From Rickettsiales bacterium (GTDB lineage Bacteria > Pseudomonadota > Alphaproteobacteria > Rickettsiales > SXRF01), in assembly GCA_041396965.1 (NCBI GenBank), contig JAWKXN010000001.1, positions 225,890-289,889 of the forward strand: a stretch of DNA of 64,000 nt. The letters run 5' to 3'. The notes under the pieces are model-generated. The model worked only from the letters and a program-made list of their open reading frames with translations. It was not told where the DNA came from and searched no databases. The position numbers and the translations under genes are program-made. Shown piece by piece: positions 55,089 to 64,000 of the stretch; positions within the stretch are counted from its first letter, which is position 1; each line of letters starts with the position of its first letter.

Positions 55089-57413
55089 TTGCGTGAAAGG
55101 GAGTTGTTAATGACAGCCTTAAAAAAGGAAATTATTAAAGATAACAGTTCTATTGCTTATAATTTGGGGTGGACAGGAGCTCCTATCGCTCATGGTGTAT
55201 GCGCTGGTGTAAGAAGTGATGGAACTATGATATCACTCCCTTTGGTAAATCTGAACGCTAGTCGTGGGCGGATTCTTGATTATTTCAATAATAGTTGGGC
55301 GTTAAACGATGTATTGTTCAGCTCTCTTGCGTGTGAGGAAGCGTTTTATAAATGCCCCTATCATAAGCTTCGTCACCCGATGATTTTTTACTATGGTCAT
55401 ACCGCTTCGGTATATGTCAATAAATTGCGTGTCGCCGGTCTTATAGAAAAACCGATTAATCCTGAGTTTGAGAAGATTTTTGAGGTTGGTGTTGATGAGA
55501 TGCGTTGGGACGACATGCACGAAAATGATCAAGATATTTGGCCTTCTGTCGCTGAAGTAAAAGAGTATCGTAAAGTGGTTTACAATACAATACGTGACAT
55601 AATAGAAAATCATCCACTGCTTAACGAGGAAAATTTACCCGTAACCCAAAAAAGTCCAATGTGGGCGCTGGTTATGGGTTTTGAGCATGAGCGTATCCAT
55701 CTGGAAACTTCCAGTGTTCTTATCCGTGAATTACCTATAGAATATGTACGTAAACCTAAAGAATGGCCGGATTTTTACTCAATTAAGTCAGATAGTCATT
55801 ATCCGCAAAATGAGATGATAGAGCTTAGCAAAAGCAGAGTGTTCTTAGGTAAACCCGAAGACTTTCCTTCATTTGGTTGGGATAACGAATATGGCGCGGA
55901 AACTCTTGAAGTTCGTCCATTCGCTGCCAGTAAGTTTCTAATAAGTAATGGTGAGTTTTTAGAGTTTGTAAAAGATGGTGGATACAGGCAAGAAAAATAC
56001 TGGTCACGTGATGGTTGGCAATGGCGGCGTTTCCGTAATATTAAATGGCCAACTTTCTGGATTCAGGATGGTCCGGCTGGCTCACATCTTTACAAATTGC
56101 GGACTATTTTTGAAGTGATTGATATGCAATATGATTGGCCGGTATGCGTTAATTTCCACGAGGCGAAAGCTTATTGCGCGTGGAAGAGCGAAAAAGAAGG
56201 TACGGATACTCCTTACCGGCTACTTACGGAAGCCGAGCATAACGCTATTCGTAGCAATAATATTCTGGATAATATTCCGAGCATGGAAAGTGACATGGTA
56301 ATGAGTGGCGAGCTGCTTGCGAAAGGCTATAACCTAAATCTGGAAAGTGGAGCGGAAAGCCCAGTTAATGCTTTTGCCGCTAATGACAAAGGTTTTTACG
56401 ATACGTTCGGTAATGTCTGGCAGTGGTGTGAGGATCATTTTCATCCACTTGCTGGAAGTAAGCCTCATCCTTATTACGATGATTTCAGCGCGCCTTGCTA
56501 TGATGGCGAGCATCAGATGATGTTGGGCGGATCATTTATCAGCACTGGTGATGAGGCGAGTATCTGGGCACGCTTTCACTTCCGCCCGCATTTCTATCAG
56601 CATAGTGGATTTCGTATCGCCCGTAATATAGATGATAATCCAGCAAGTGAGGCGAAACTATTATTCGCTGGTGGGACTTCTTCTTACGAATCACGGGAAA
56701 TGCTAGATAAATATCTGCTTATGCACTGGGGTAGCAACAATGACATATGGGGTAACGTGCCGCAAAGCACTATGGCAAGGCCGGAATCATTTAATCTCCC
56801 ACTTAAATGCGCTGAGCTGGTAAATAGGTATGCCACAGGTTTTGATAGGGTGTTAGATATTGGTTGCGCGGTTGGTCGTTCCAGTTTTGAATTGGCTCGT
56901 AACTTCTCTGAAGTTACCGGAATTGATTACAGTAAGGAGTTTATAGAAGCCGCGAGCAGGCTTAAGAAAAATGGTACTATATCCTGCCGCCGTAAGGAAT
57001 CAGGTGATGAATTTACCGACATGCTAATCTATGTTGATAACTCCATAGATAGAAGTAAAGTTCGCTTTGAACAGGGTGATGCTTGTAACCTACCTTTATA
57101 TATAAGAAATTATGACGCTGTACTACTTGCCAATACATTGTGTCGGTTGCCAGAACCGGTATCCTTTCTTGAGAGGACGCAGGGGCAGAGCGCGTTGGTA
57201 AAGAAAGGCGGTGTGTTAGTTATGACTACACCATTTAGCTGGCTTGAGGAATATACGCCAAAATCTAACTGGCTTGCTGGCATTGCTGCGGTGCAAGATA
57301 TTCTAAGTGAGTTTGAACTTATACATCAGGAAGAGCTTCCGTTTATGATTCGTGAGCATAGCAGAAAATTTGAGTATGTTATAACTCTTGCCAGTGTATG
57401 GAAAAGGAAATGA
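55089..57413 (+). CDS. ovoA: ovothiol synthase OvoA (5-histidylcysteine sulfoxide synthase with fused N-methyltransferase)
   Basis: HPMIFYYGHT, GVDEM.WDD and EHERIHLETSSVL iron-binding motif; FGE-like domain with FHFRPHFYQHSGFR; C-terminal LDIGCAVGRSSFEL and QGDACNL methyltransferase. The ATG at 55110 is an alternative start. Confidence 0.92.
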   Translation: MRERELLMTALKKEIIKDNSSIAYNLGWTGAPIAHGVCAGVRSDGTMISLPLVNLNASRGRILDYFNNSWALNDVLFSSLACEEAFYKCPYHKLRHPMIFYYGHTASVYVNKLRVAGLIEKPINPEFEKIFEVGVDEMRWDDMHENDQDIWPSVAEVKEYRKVVYNTIRDIIENHPLLNEENLPVTQKSPMWALVMGFEHERIHLETSSVLIRELPIEYVRKPKEWPDFYSIKSDSHYPQNEMIELSKSRVFLGKPEDFPSFGWDNEYGAETLEVRPFAASKFLISNGEFLEFVKDGGYRQEKYWSRDGWQWRRFRNIKWPTFWIQDGPAGSHLYKLRTIFEVIDMQYDWPVCVNFHEAKAYCAWKSEKEGTDTPYRLLTEAEHNAIRSNNILDNIPSMESDMVMSGELLAKGYNLNLESGAESPVNAFAANDKGFYDTFGNVWQWCEDHFHPLAGSKPHPYYDDFSAPCYDGEHQMMLGGSFISTGDEASIWARFHFRPHFYQHSGFRIARNIDDNPASEAKLLFAGGTSSYESREMLDKYLLMHWGSNNDIWGNVPQSTMARPESFNLPLKCAELVNRYATGFDRVLDIGCAVGRSSFELARNFSEVTGIDYSKEFIEAASRLKKNGTISCRRKESGDEFTDMLIYVDNSIDRSKVRFEQGDACNLPLYIRNYDAVLLANTLCRLPEPVSFLERTQGQSALVKKGGVLVMTTPFSWLEEYTPKSNWLAGIAAVQDILSEFELIHQEELPFMIREHSRKFEYVITLASVWKRK

Positions 57414-57442
57414 CATTCCATATAACGTATTGGAGATAAAAA

Positions 57443-58675
57443 ATGAGTCATAAAAGTACTAATCTAAAATTCACTAATGATAGAGGAATTACTCTGGAGG
57501 CGGTTTTAGAAGAGCCGGTTTCCGGCATAAAGGCTTATGCTTTATACGCTCACTGTTTTACCTGTTCTAAAGAGATTAATGCCGCTGTTAGAGTGTCGCG
57601 GGCTTTGGCTGATAAGAATATCGCGACTTTACGTTTTGATTTTTCCGGTATAGGTGATAGTGGAGGGAAATTTTCAGAAACCACATTCTCCACTAACGTA
57701 GAAGATATAAAGTACGCTGCTGAGTTTTTGCGTAATAACTATAATTCGCCGCGATTATTGGTTGGTCATAGTTTAGGAGGAGCCGCTGTTCTTGCCGCCG
57801 CCGGTGATATTGCTGAGGTAGTGGCGGTGGCTACCATTGGCGCACCAAGTAAACCATCACACCTTGAGCATTTATTCAAGCAAGAGCTTGAGCGAATTAT
57901 GGCAGACGGTAAATCATGCGTATCTCTTGGAGGAAAGAAGCTAGAGATAAGTAGAGATTTTGTAGAGGATATACAAAGTTATGATTTAGCAAAAAAAGTA
58001 GCGAAATTAAAAAAAGCATTGTTGATTTTACATTCTCCAATGGATGAGATAGTGGGTATAAAAAATGCTCAGGAGTTATATGAAGTAGCTTACCATCCCA
58101 AAAGTTTTATTTCACTAGATGGAGCGGATCATCTATTGAGCAAAAAGAAAGATTCTGATTACGCGGCTTTCATTATATCCACATGGGCTGAGCGTTATGT
58201 AAAAACAGAAAATAATTCCGCTAAAGTAACAAATATTCCAGAGTCTCTTAATGGCGAGGTTATAATTGATGAGGCGGGAGGGGGACGACTCGCGCGCGTA
58301 ATTAACGCTAATGGTCATATATTACACGCTGATGAACCGCTAGAACAGGGTGGCGCTAATAGCGGAGCTACGCCATACGAATTATTACTAGCGGCTCTGG
58401 GTAGTTGTGTGTCAATGACGGTAAGAATGTACGCTGATCACAAAAAATGGCCTCTTGAGAAAATAAGTGTCCGTTTGAAACACCAGAAGATTCACGCCAA
58501 AGATTGTGATGATTGCGAATCAAAAGATGGCAAGATAGATATTATAGAAAAGAAGCTAAGTTTTTATGGTGACTTATCAGAAGAGCAAAAACGACGTTTG
58601 CTAGAAATATCAGAAAAATGCCCAGTAAATAAAACACTTAAATCAGATATTAAGATAATAACTAGCGAAGTATAA
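57443..58675 (+). CDS. bifunctional alpha/beta-hydrolase + OsmC-family protein
   Basis: AHCFTC, GHSLGG and DGADHLL; C-terminal DEP...GG...PYELLLAALGSC and CPV. Confidence 0.92.
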   Translation: MSHKSTNLKFTNDRGITLEAVLEEPVSGIKAYALYAHCFTCSKEINAAVRVSRALADKNIATLRFDFSGIGDSGGKFSETTFSTNVEDIKYAAEFLRNNYNSPRLLVGHSLGGAAVLAAAGDIAEVVAVATIGAPSKPSHLEHLFKQELERIMADGKSCVSLGGKKLEISRDFVEDIQSYDLAKKVAKLKKALLILHSPMDEIVGIKNAQELYEVAYHPKSFISLDGADHLLSKKKDSDYAAFIISTWAERYVKTENNSAKVTNIPESLNGEVIIDEAGGGRLARVINANGHILHADEPLEQGGANSGATPYELLLAALGSCVSMTVRMYADHKKWPLEKISVRLKHQKIHAKDCDDCESKDGKIDIIEKKLSFYGDLSEEQKRRLLEISEKCPVNKTLKSDIKIITSEV

Positions 58676-58694
58676 TAATCGGTTGCCTTAGCTA

Positions 58695-59162
58695 TTATTC
58701 TCTAAGTAAAGCCATTATTTCCGCGCCGAGCAATATGTCTGGAGTATGACCAAACTGCTTTTTTCTGAGCATTCCCTTCTTGTCAATCAGCATAGTGGTT
58801 GGTGTGCCTTGCAAGGCGTATTCACGCATGGTAAGCGGAATATTGTCTATATCAGAAGGTGTATCTATTCCTACCGGAAATTTTATGCGATACTCATAAA
58901 GAAACGCTTTAAGGCTTTCTTCCCGCATCGCCGCATGATGCTCAAATACAGTATGTAGACCAAGTACGGCTACATCAGATTCAGAAAATATCTCATACAC
59001 TTTTTTCGCCTGTGGCAAACCAACCTCTACACATCCAGGACATAGCATCTGGAAAGCACAGATCATAACCACCTTATCTTTTAATTTTTCTAACGATATA
59101 TTCTCTTCGCTATTTAACCATTTTAATATTTGTAATTCTGGTGCTGGATATAGTTTTGTCAT
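58695..59162 (-). CDS. redoxin / TlpA-like thioredoxin-fold protein
   Basis: FQMLCPGC CxxC motif, GLHTVFEHH and QGTPT. Confidence 0.88.
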   Translation of the reverse strand: MTKLYPAPELQILKWLNSEENISLEKLKDKVVMICAFQMLCPGCVEVGLPQAKKVYEIFSESDVAVLGLHTVFEHHAAMREESLKAFLYEYRIKFPVGIDTPSDIDNIPLTMREYALQGTPTTMLIDKKGMLRKKQFGHTPDILLGAEIMALLRE

Positions 59163-59228
59163 AATATTTTTTTTATTTTCAATAATTAAATTAATAGGAA
59201 ATACAGGTCATTTGTAGTTAATCATAGA

Positions 59229-60020
59229 TTACGAGGAAAGTCTTTTTATTGTTCTAACCATATTTCGCAAAATAATCTGTGTAAGTAATGGACTTTCAGC
59301 AAATTGCGATTGTAATAATTTTTCATCTATTATGGAGCATTCTGTGTTTTCTATGGCAATGGCGGTGACCAATCTGTGTTTGTTATCGAAAAGAGCCATT
59401 TCTCCAAAAATAGAATTTTTTTCTAAAATTCCGAAAGGAGTGGATTTATCTTGTAACTCTCTATAAAGACCTACTTTACCAGACATTATGATATAGGCGT
59501 GAAAACCTTCATCGCCTTGCGAAAATATAGTATCTCCTTTTTTGTACGACTTTATCTGTTTATTATCAAAACACTGCGCAGGATCAGAATCAATAGTTTT
59601 ATTAATGTTTTTATCAATAGCCACAACTTTCTGAATCTCTTTTTTTAATGCCTCCGATGATATAGGCTTTTTAAGTATTTTAGTAGCTCCTACCTGTAAA
59701 ACAACATCCTCAATTAGTTTATCATTATTCCCTGTAAGCATTAGTATAGGAATATCTTTATTAGACAATATATTCCCGTTTCGTATCTCACGGATAAAAG
59801 ATATTCCATCCATTTTATCCATATATAAATCGCAAATTATAATATCTATATTATCATATGAAATTTTATTATTTGTAAGTTCCTCTATCGCGTCAGCCCC
59901 ATTTTTAGCTTCTTTAATCTTTTTTATTCCTATTGTGTTTAGGATTTGTCTTATTATGGAGCGCATTGTGGATTGATCATCTATAACCATAACATTAAGA
60001 TTTTTTAAGCTTAATTCCAT
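59229..60020 (-). CDS. CheY-like receiver fused to a cyclic-nucleotide-binding domain
   Basis: VIDDQ...ICDLYM...KKP; GDTIFSQGDEG...FGEMALF...R.VTA; no HTH. Confidence 0.88.
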   Translation of the reverse strand: MELSLKNLNVMVIDDQSTMRSIIRQILNTIGIKKIKEAKNGADAIEELTNNKISYDNIDIIICDLYMDKMDGISFIREIRNGNILSNKDIPILMLTGNNDKLIEDVVLQVGATKILKKPISSEALKKEIQKVVAIDKNINKTIDSDPAQCFDNKQIKSYKKGDTIFSQGDEGFHAYIIMSGKVGLYRELQDKSTPFGILEKNSIFGEMALFDNKHRLVTAIAIENTECSIIDEKLLQSQFAESPLLTQIILRNMVRTIKRLSS

Positions 60021-60239
60021 ATAATATCCAATAAAGTTAAAATATTTATCATATATGTTAATATATTATAGTATGGTTAACATATTGTTTAATATTTAAG
60101 AATATAGTTTTAATATTTTTGACTGTTTGTCAGGATATTATTAAAATAATCAATAGGCTATTGGTTTGATTAATAGAAAAAAATTGATACAATCACGTAA
60201 GTTGCAATTATTATTTATCAATAAATCATTTGTTTACCA

Positions 60240-62162
60240 ATGAAAAACTCTTGGCTACATCCTTCATTATCACGTGACTTTGCTTTGCTCTCAATGGCGG
60301 TTCTGCTAGTTCTCGCTTTGGTTTCGGGATGGGTAACCTATAAAACGTATGAACGCCACTATGATGAGATAACCATAAAAATAGGTAAAGACGCCGCTCT
60401 TATAGAAAGTATTCTATCAAATGAGATAGGTAGAGCCAATTACATGCTGGCCTCACTTGGTCGCCAGATTATTATTGAGCCAGACCGCAACTATACAAAG
60501 CTTGCTCAATCACTTAAGTCATTTGATAGTAAAAACAATATATACAGCATATTTTCATGGGTGGATATTAATAAATACCTAGTTGTAAGTAGCAATAAGG
60601 GCGTCCTAGAGGAACCTGTTGATATATCCGATCGTGATTTTATGCAATATTCCTACTCTGATTCATGGAAAATGCATATTGGTCGTCCAATAGAGGGAAG
60701 AGTTTCTAATCGCTGGGTAATTCCTATGGCTATGGGGGTTACCGATTATACCGGTAAATTCATCGGAACATTATCACTTAGTATGGACATTGATGTTCTA
60801 ACCAAACATATATCAAGTATGGTGCAAAGAGAAGGTATAAGCTTCGCCATAATCAATAAAAACTTATCACCTCTTAGTGAGGTTTCTGAGCATAAAAATT
60901 TTATCGCGAATAATTTTCCGCCATCAGTTTTTGAAAATATTGATTTTGAGAAAAATATTAGCGGTTTGCTTTCTAAAGGCAATCTAATGTTCGGAATAGG
61001 TACGTATACCTACTACAGATCGGTTGAGAATTATCCGTATGTTATATTGATGGGATATGATGCCAGCTACAGTGACTCCGCTGTACGCACTATATTATGG
61101 TCACGGTTACTACAAATTTTTGTAATTGCCATATTTTTTGTGTTCTTTCTTTGGATAGTAAGGGTAAGGGTAATAAGTCCAGTCCTTGATATGACATCAC
61201 TTATAGCGTCTATCATACGAGGAGAGAGATTTAATCCTCTTCCTAAGAGGAGCTCAATTGAGATGGAGAGCCTTCTCGCTCAAGTTCAGCAGGTTAGTAA
61301 ATATATAGATGAGACTGTCCGAATTGAGAATGAATTACGTGGAAAAATGTTTCAGATGAAGAAAGATAAGGAAAATGCTGAATTTAATACTCGGAGCAAG
61401 TCAGAATTCCTCGCTTATATAGCTCAGGATTTACGTATGCCTATAAATAACATTATTGGATTTTCTCAAGTGCTTAAAGATCAGGTGTATGGTTCTTTGG
61501 AAAATCGTAAATATAAACAATATGCTTCTGATATTTATAATATAGCCAATCAAATAATGGATAAAATACAGAATATTCTTCTATATTCAAAGATAGAGAA
61601 TGGTTATTTAAGCATAAAAGAAGAATCATTTGATATTAAGGCAGCTATAAATACCTCATTACGTCAATTGTCAGATAAGCTGGAGTTCCATAAGACAAGT
61701 GTGAAATTAGCTTCTAATGATCTATCTTTCGCTCTTAAGGCAGACGAATTTAGGTTTCAACAGATTGTTATTAATATACTTTTGTTCATGCTTGATGATA
61801 TTGCTGAAAACAGCGTAATTAACATTGAGATAAGAGCGGTAACTGAATATCGTAACCAGCAGTTTTTATCTATTGTTATAAGTAATGGAGAAGATAAACA
61901 GTTCTCTGCAAAAGAGTTAACGGATATTGCCGAAAAGCGATTTTCTACACTTGAAAAGGAGAAAAAGCTTATAAGCAGTTTTTCTTATATCCAAAATCAA
62001 AACAATGAAGAACATATTATTTTGAACAATGACTTAAGAATAGAATTAGTCAAATTATTGGTAGCTATACATGATAGTGCTTTCTATATGCACCAAGATA
62101 ATGATAGAAGGTATTGTATTATATTGTTTTTCCCATTTTCTAAAATTGATACAGAATATTGA
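60240..62162 (+). CDS. Cache-domain pseudo-histidine kinase (His replaced by Gln, degenerate ATP lid)
   Basis: The H-box reads SKSEFLAYIAQDLRMPINNIIGFSQVL; there is no DxGxG or GxGLGL in the C-terminal domain. Confidence 0.8.
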   Translation: MKNSWLHPSLSRDFALLSMAVLLVLALVSGWVTYKTYERHYDEITIKIGKDAALIESILSNEIGRANYMLASLGRQIIIEPDRNYTKLAQSLKSFDSKNNIYSIFSWVDINKYLVVSSNKGVLEEPVDISDRDFMQYSYSDSWKMHIGRPIEGRVSNRWVIPMAMGVTDYTGKFIGTLSLSMDIDVLTKHISSMVQREGISFAIINKNLSPLSEVSEHKNFIANNFPPSVFENIDFEKNISGLLSKGNLMFGIGTYTYYRSVENYPYVILMGYDASYSDSAVRTILWSRLLQIFVIAIFFVFFLWIVRVRVISPVLDMTSLIASIIRGERFNPLPKRSSIEMESLLAQVQQVSKYIDETVRIENELRGKMFQMKKDKENAEFNTRSKSEFLAYIAQDLRMPINNIIGFSQVLKDQVYGSLENRKYKQYASDIYNIANQIMDKIQNILLYSKIENGYLSIKEESFDIKAAINTSLRQLSDKLEFHKTSVKLASNDLSFALKADEFRFQQIVINILLFMLDDIAENSVINIEIRAVTEYRNQQFLSIVISNGEDKQFSAKELTDIAEKRFSTLEKEKKLISSFSYIQNQNNEEHIILNNDLRIELVKLLVAIHDSAFYMHQDNDRRYCIILFFPFSKIDTEY

Positions 62163-62185
62163 TTTTTTTATTTATAGAACTTATT

Positions 62186-62201
62186 TTAATGAAATTTTAA
62201 C
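62186..62201 (+). promoter_or_regulatory. perfect CtrA-type box TTAA-N7-TTAAC upstream of the MCP
   Basis: TTAA tgaaatt TTAAC, ending 95 nt before the ATG at 62297. Confidence 0.6.
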
Positions 62202-62296
62202 CTAAAAATTATACTATATGTAACCTTCCTTGTATTCTCTGTTTTAGCGTGTTTGACACAGTTTAGGCAGCCTTATATCTATAAGCGAGTAATCTT

Positions 62297-64000
62297 ATGA
62301 AATCTTTATTCAAACTTAAAATATCTCAAAAAATTCCTTTTGTTGTGGCAATGACATCTGTTTTTACAGGCCTTGTTGTTGGAACTATAGGGTATATTCA
62401 AGCAAGTGACGCGAATAACGTTGCTATTGAGGAAAAGATGAGCGCTTTGCTTACAGCTCGTAGTAGTGCTCTTAAATCCTATCTGGACTCAATTAAAGAG
62501 GACATAGAAATAGTAAGTGGAAATGAAAACACCATTAACGCTGTCTATGAGTTTTCTCAGGCTTGGGATAGTATAGAACATGGTCAGACTAATATTTTGC
62601 AAGATCTGTATATAACAAAAAACCCTCACCCTGTAGGTCAGAAGGAAAAGCTAGATTACGCTAATGATGGATCATTTTATTCGGAAATACACGCTAAGTA
62701 TCATCCGTGGTTCAGGGATTTCTTAAATAAAAGAGGTTATTACGATGTATTCTTGTTCAATAAAAAAGGAGATTTGGTCTATACCGTGTTTAAGGAAGCT
62801 GATTACGCTACTAACCTTAACAGTGGAAAATGGAAAGATAGTGATTTAGGGCATGCTTTCAGAGCGGCTATAAAAAATAAAAACCAAACCCAGTTTTTTG
62901 ATTTTAAGGAATATGCTCCAAGTAATGGCGCGCCGGCTAGTTTTATTTCCAGAACTGTATTAAACAAACAAGGCGAAGTTATTGGGGTAATGGTCATACA
63001 GATGCCAATAGGTCGTATAAATTCTACTATGGCTGTGTATGATGGTTTAGGTAAGACAGGCGAGACTTATATTGTTGGTGCTGATATGCTGATGCGCAGT
63101 GATTCCCGTTTTTCTGAGGAGTCTGTAATACTCAAGAATGAAGTAGATTCTGTTACTGCTAAAAAGGGTCTAAAAGGAGAAAGTGGTATAGAAGTTGTAG
63201 AGGATTATAGAGGTATTAAAGTATTCTCCGCTTATAATCCTTTTGAATTCATGGGCGCGCGCTGGGTTATTATAGCTGAGCAGGATCAGCAAGGGGCGTT
63301 GGCGGTAATATACTCAATGCGTAATAAAATAATACTTTCTACCCTTATTGTAATAGGAGTTGTGTCTATTATGGGTCTATGGATAGCAAGAGGTATCTCT
63401 CGTCCTATTAACGTTCTTGTCGGGCAAATGGGTATGTTGGAAAACGGAAACAGGGAGTTTTCTGTGGAATTCAGAGGGCGTAGTGATGAAATTGGTGGGA
63501 TGGCAAGAGCTCTACAATCTTTTAAGGAAACTGCTATCCGACAAGACCAGATAGTAGAAGAGCAAAAAGCTGAGCAGTTCGCTAAGCAGAGACGTGTAGA
63601 GAAAGTTGACTCACTAATAAAGCTGTTTGAGGAAAAAGCTTCACTTGCTGTGAATTCTGTAGCGTCGGCCGCCACTGAGCTTTATAAGACAGCGGAATCA
63701 ATGGGTGAGCAAATAGGTCAGGCTAATCAGAAATCAGCGGACGCTTCTGGAGCCTCCAGCAAAACATCATTTAACGTTCAGTCGGTGGCTTCGGCCGCTG
63801 AGGAAATGAGCGCTTCTGTAAGTGAAATATCAAAACAAATTACTTCTGCTAATAACTCTGTATCATATTCAGCAGAAAAAGCTAAGGATGCTGGAAGATC
63901 TGCGGAAATGTTACAGCAGGCATCCGTGTCAATTGGTCAAATTGTTCAATTGATTGAGGATATAGCTGGTCAGATTAATCTTCTTGCTCTAAACGCTACT
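62297..64000 (+). CDS. methyl-accepting chemotaxis protein (dCache-HAMP-MA), truncated by the window end
   Basis: MKSLFKLKISQKIP...YYDVFLFNKKGDLVYTVFKEADYATNL...GKTGETYIVG...RSDEIGGMARAL...IAGQINLLALNAT; missing from the ORF track because it has no stop codon in the window. Confidence 0.95.
   Translation, partial: MKSLFKLKISQKIPFVVAMTSVFTGLVVGTIGYIQASDANNVAIEEKMSALLTARSSALKSYLDSIKEDIEIVSGNENTINAVYEFSQAWDSIEHGQTNILQDLYITKNPHPVGQKEKLDYANDGSFYSEIHAKYHPWFRDFLNKRGYYDVFLFNKKGDLVYTVFKEADYATNLNSGKWKDSDLGHAFRAAIKNKNQTQFFDFKEYAPSNGAPASFISRTVLNKQGEVIGVMVIQMPIGRINSTMAVYDGLGKTGETYIVGADMLMRSDSRFSEESVILKNEVDSVTAKKGLKGESGIEVVEDYRGIKVFSAYNPFEFMGARWVIIAEQDQQGALAVIYSMRNKIILSTLIVIGVVSIMGLWIARGISRPINVLVGQMGMLENGNREFSVEFRGRSDEIGGMARALQSFKETAIRQDQIVEEQKAEQFAKQRRVEKVDSLIKLFEEKASLAVNSVASAATELYKTAESMGEQIGQANQKSADASGASSKTSFNVQSVASAAEEMSASVSEISKQITSANNSVSYSAEKAKDAGRSAEMLQQASVSIGQIVQLIEDIAGQINLLALNAT

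Noticed and set aside
55089-57413. EgtB (ergothioneine) or ovoselenol synthase call
   Set aside because: The HERIHLETSSVL motif and the fused C-terminal methyltransferase fit OvoA; there is no egtD or selD nearby.
60240-62162. divL assignment
   Set aside because: DivL has Tyr at the His position and cytoplasmic PAS repeats; this protein has Gln and a periplasmic Cache domain.

Overview
AT-rich chromosomal window from an alphaproteobacterium. It is inferred to be a free-living or motile Rickettsiales-like lineage: alpha-type gene orders (plsY-dprA, gatCAB, lpxC-bamD-recN-ligA-prmA-pepP), thyX, CtrA-type boxes, a sigma54 activator, an MCP, and a tRNA-Ile(GAT) outside any rRNA operon. The backbone is housekeeping genes plus a dense signalling inventory and three complete type II TA pairs. 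Two convergent tRNAs (Ser-TGA at 9.4 kb, Ile-GAT at 19.5 kb) each carry decayed integrative cargo with HEPN-motif genes; the tRNA-Ile cargo resolves into two tandem, homologous ~1.5 kb mini-elements. The strongest signal is a dispersed ECF sigma (SigF/NrsF-type) stress regulon. Near-identical GTAAC(C/T)-N15/16-CGAA promoters precede (i) a Cys-Lys-repeat secreted RiPP precursor with a fused MNIO(DUF692)-DUF2063 maturase, (ii) a DoxX gene and (iii) an ovothiol synthase (ovoA)-osmC operon about 44 kb away. All protein calls come from motif recognition by eye; no database searches were run.
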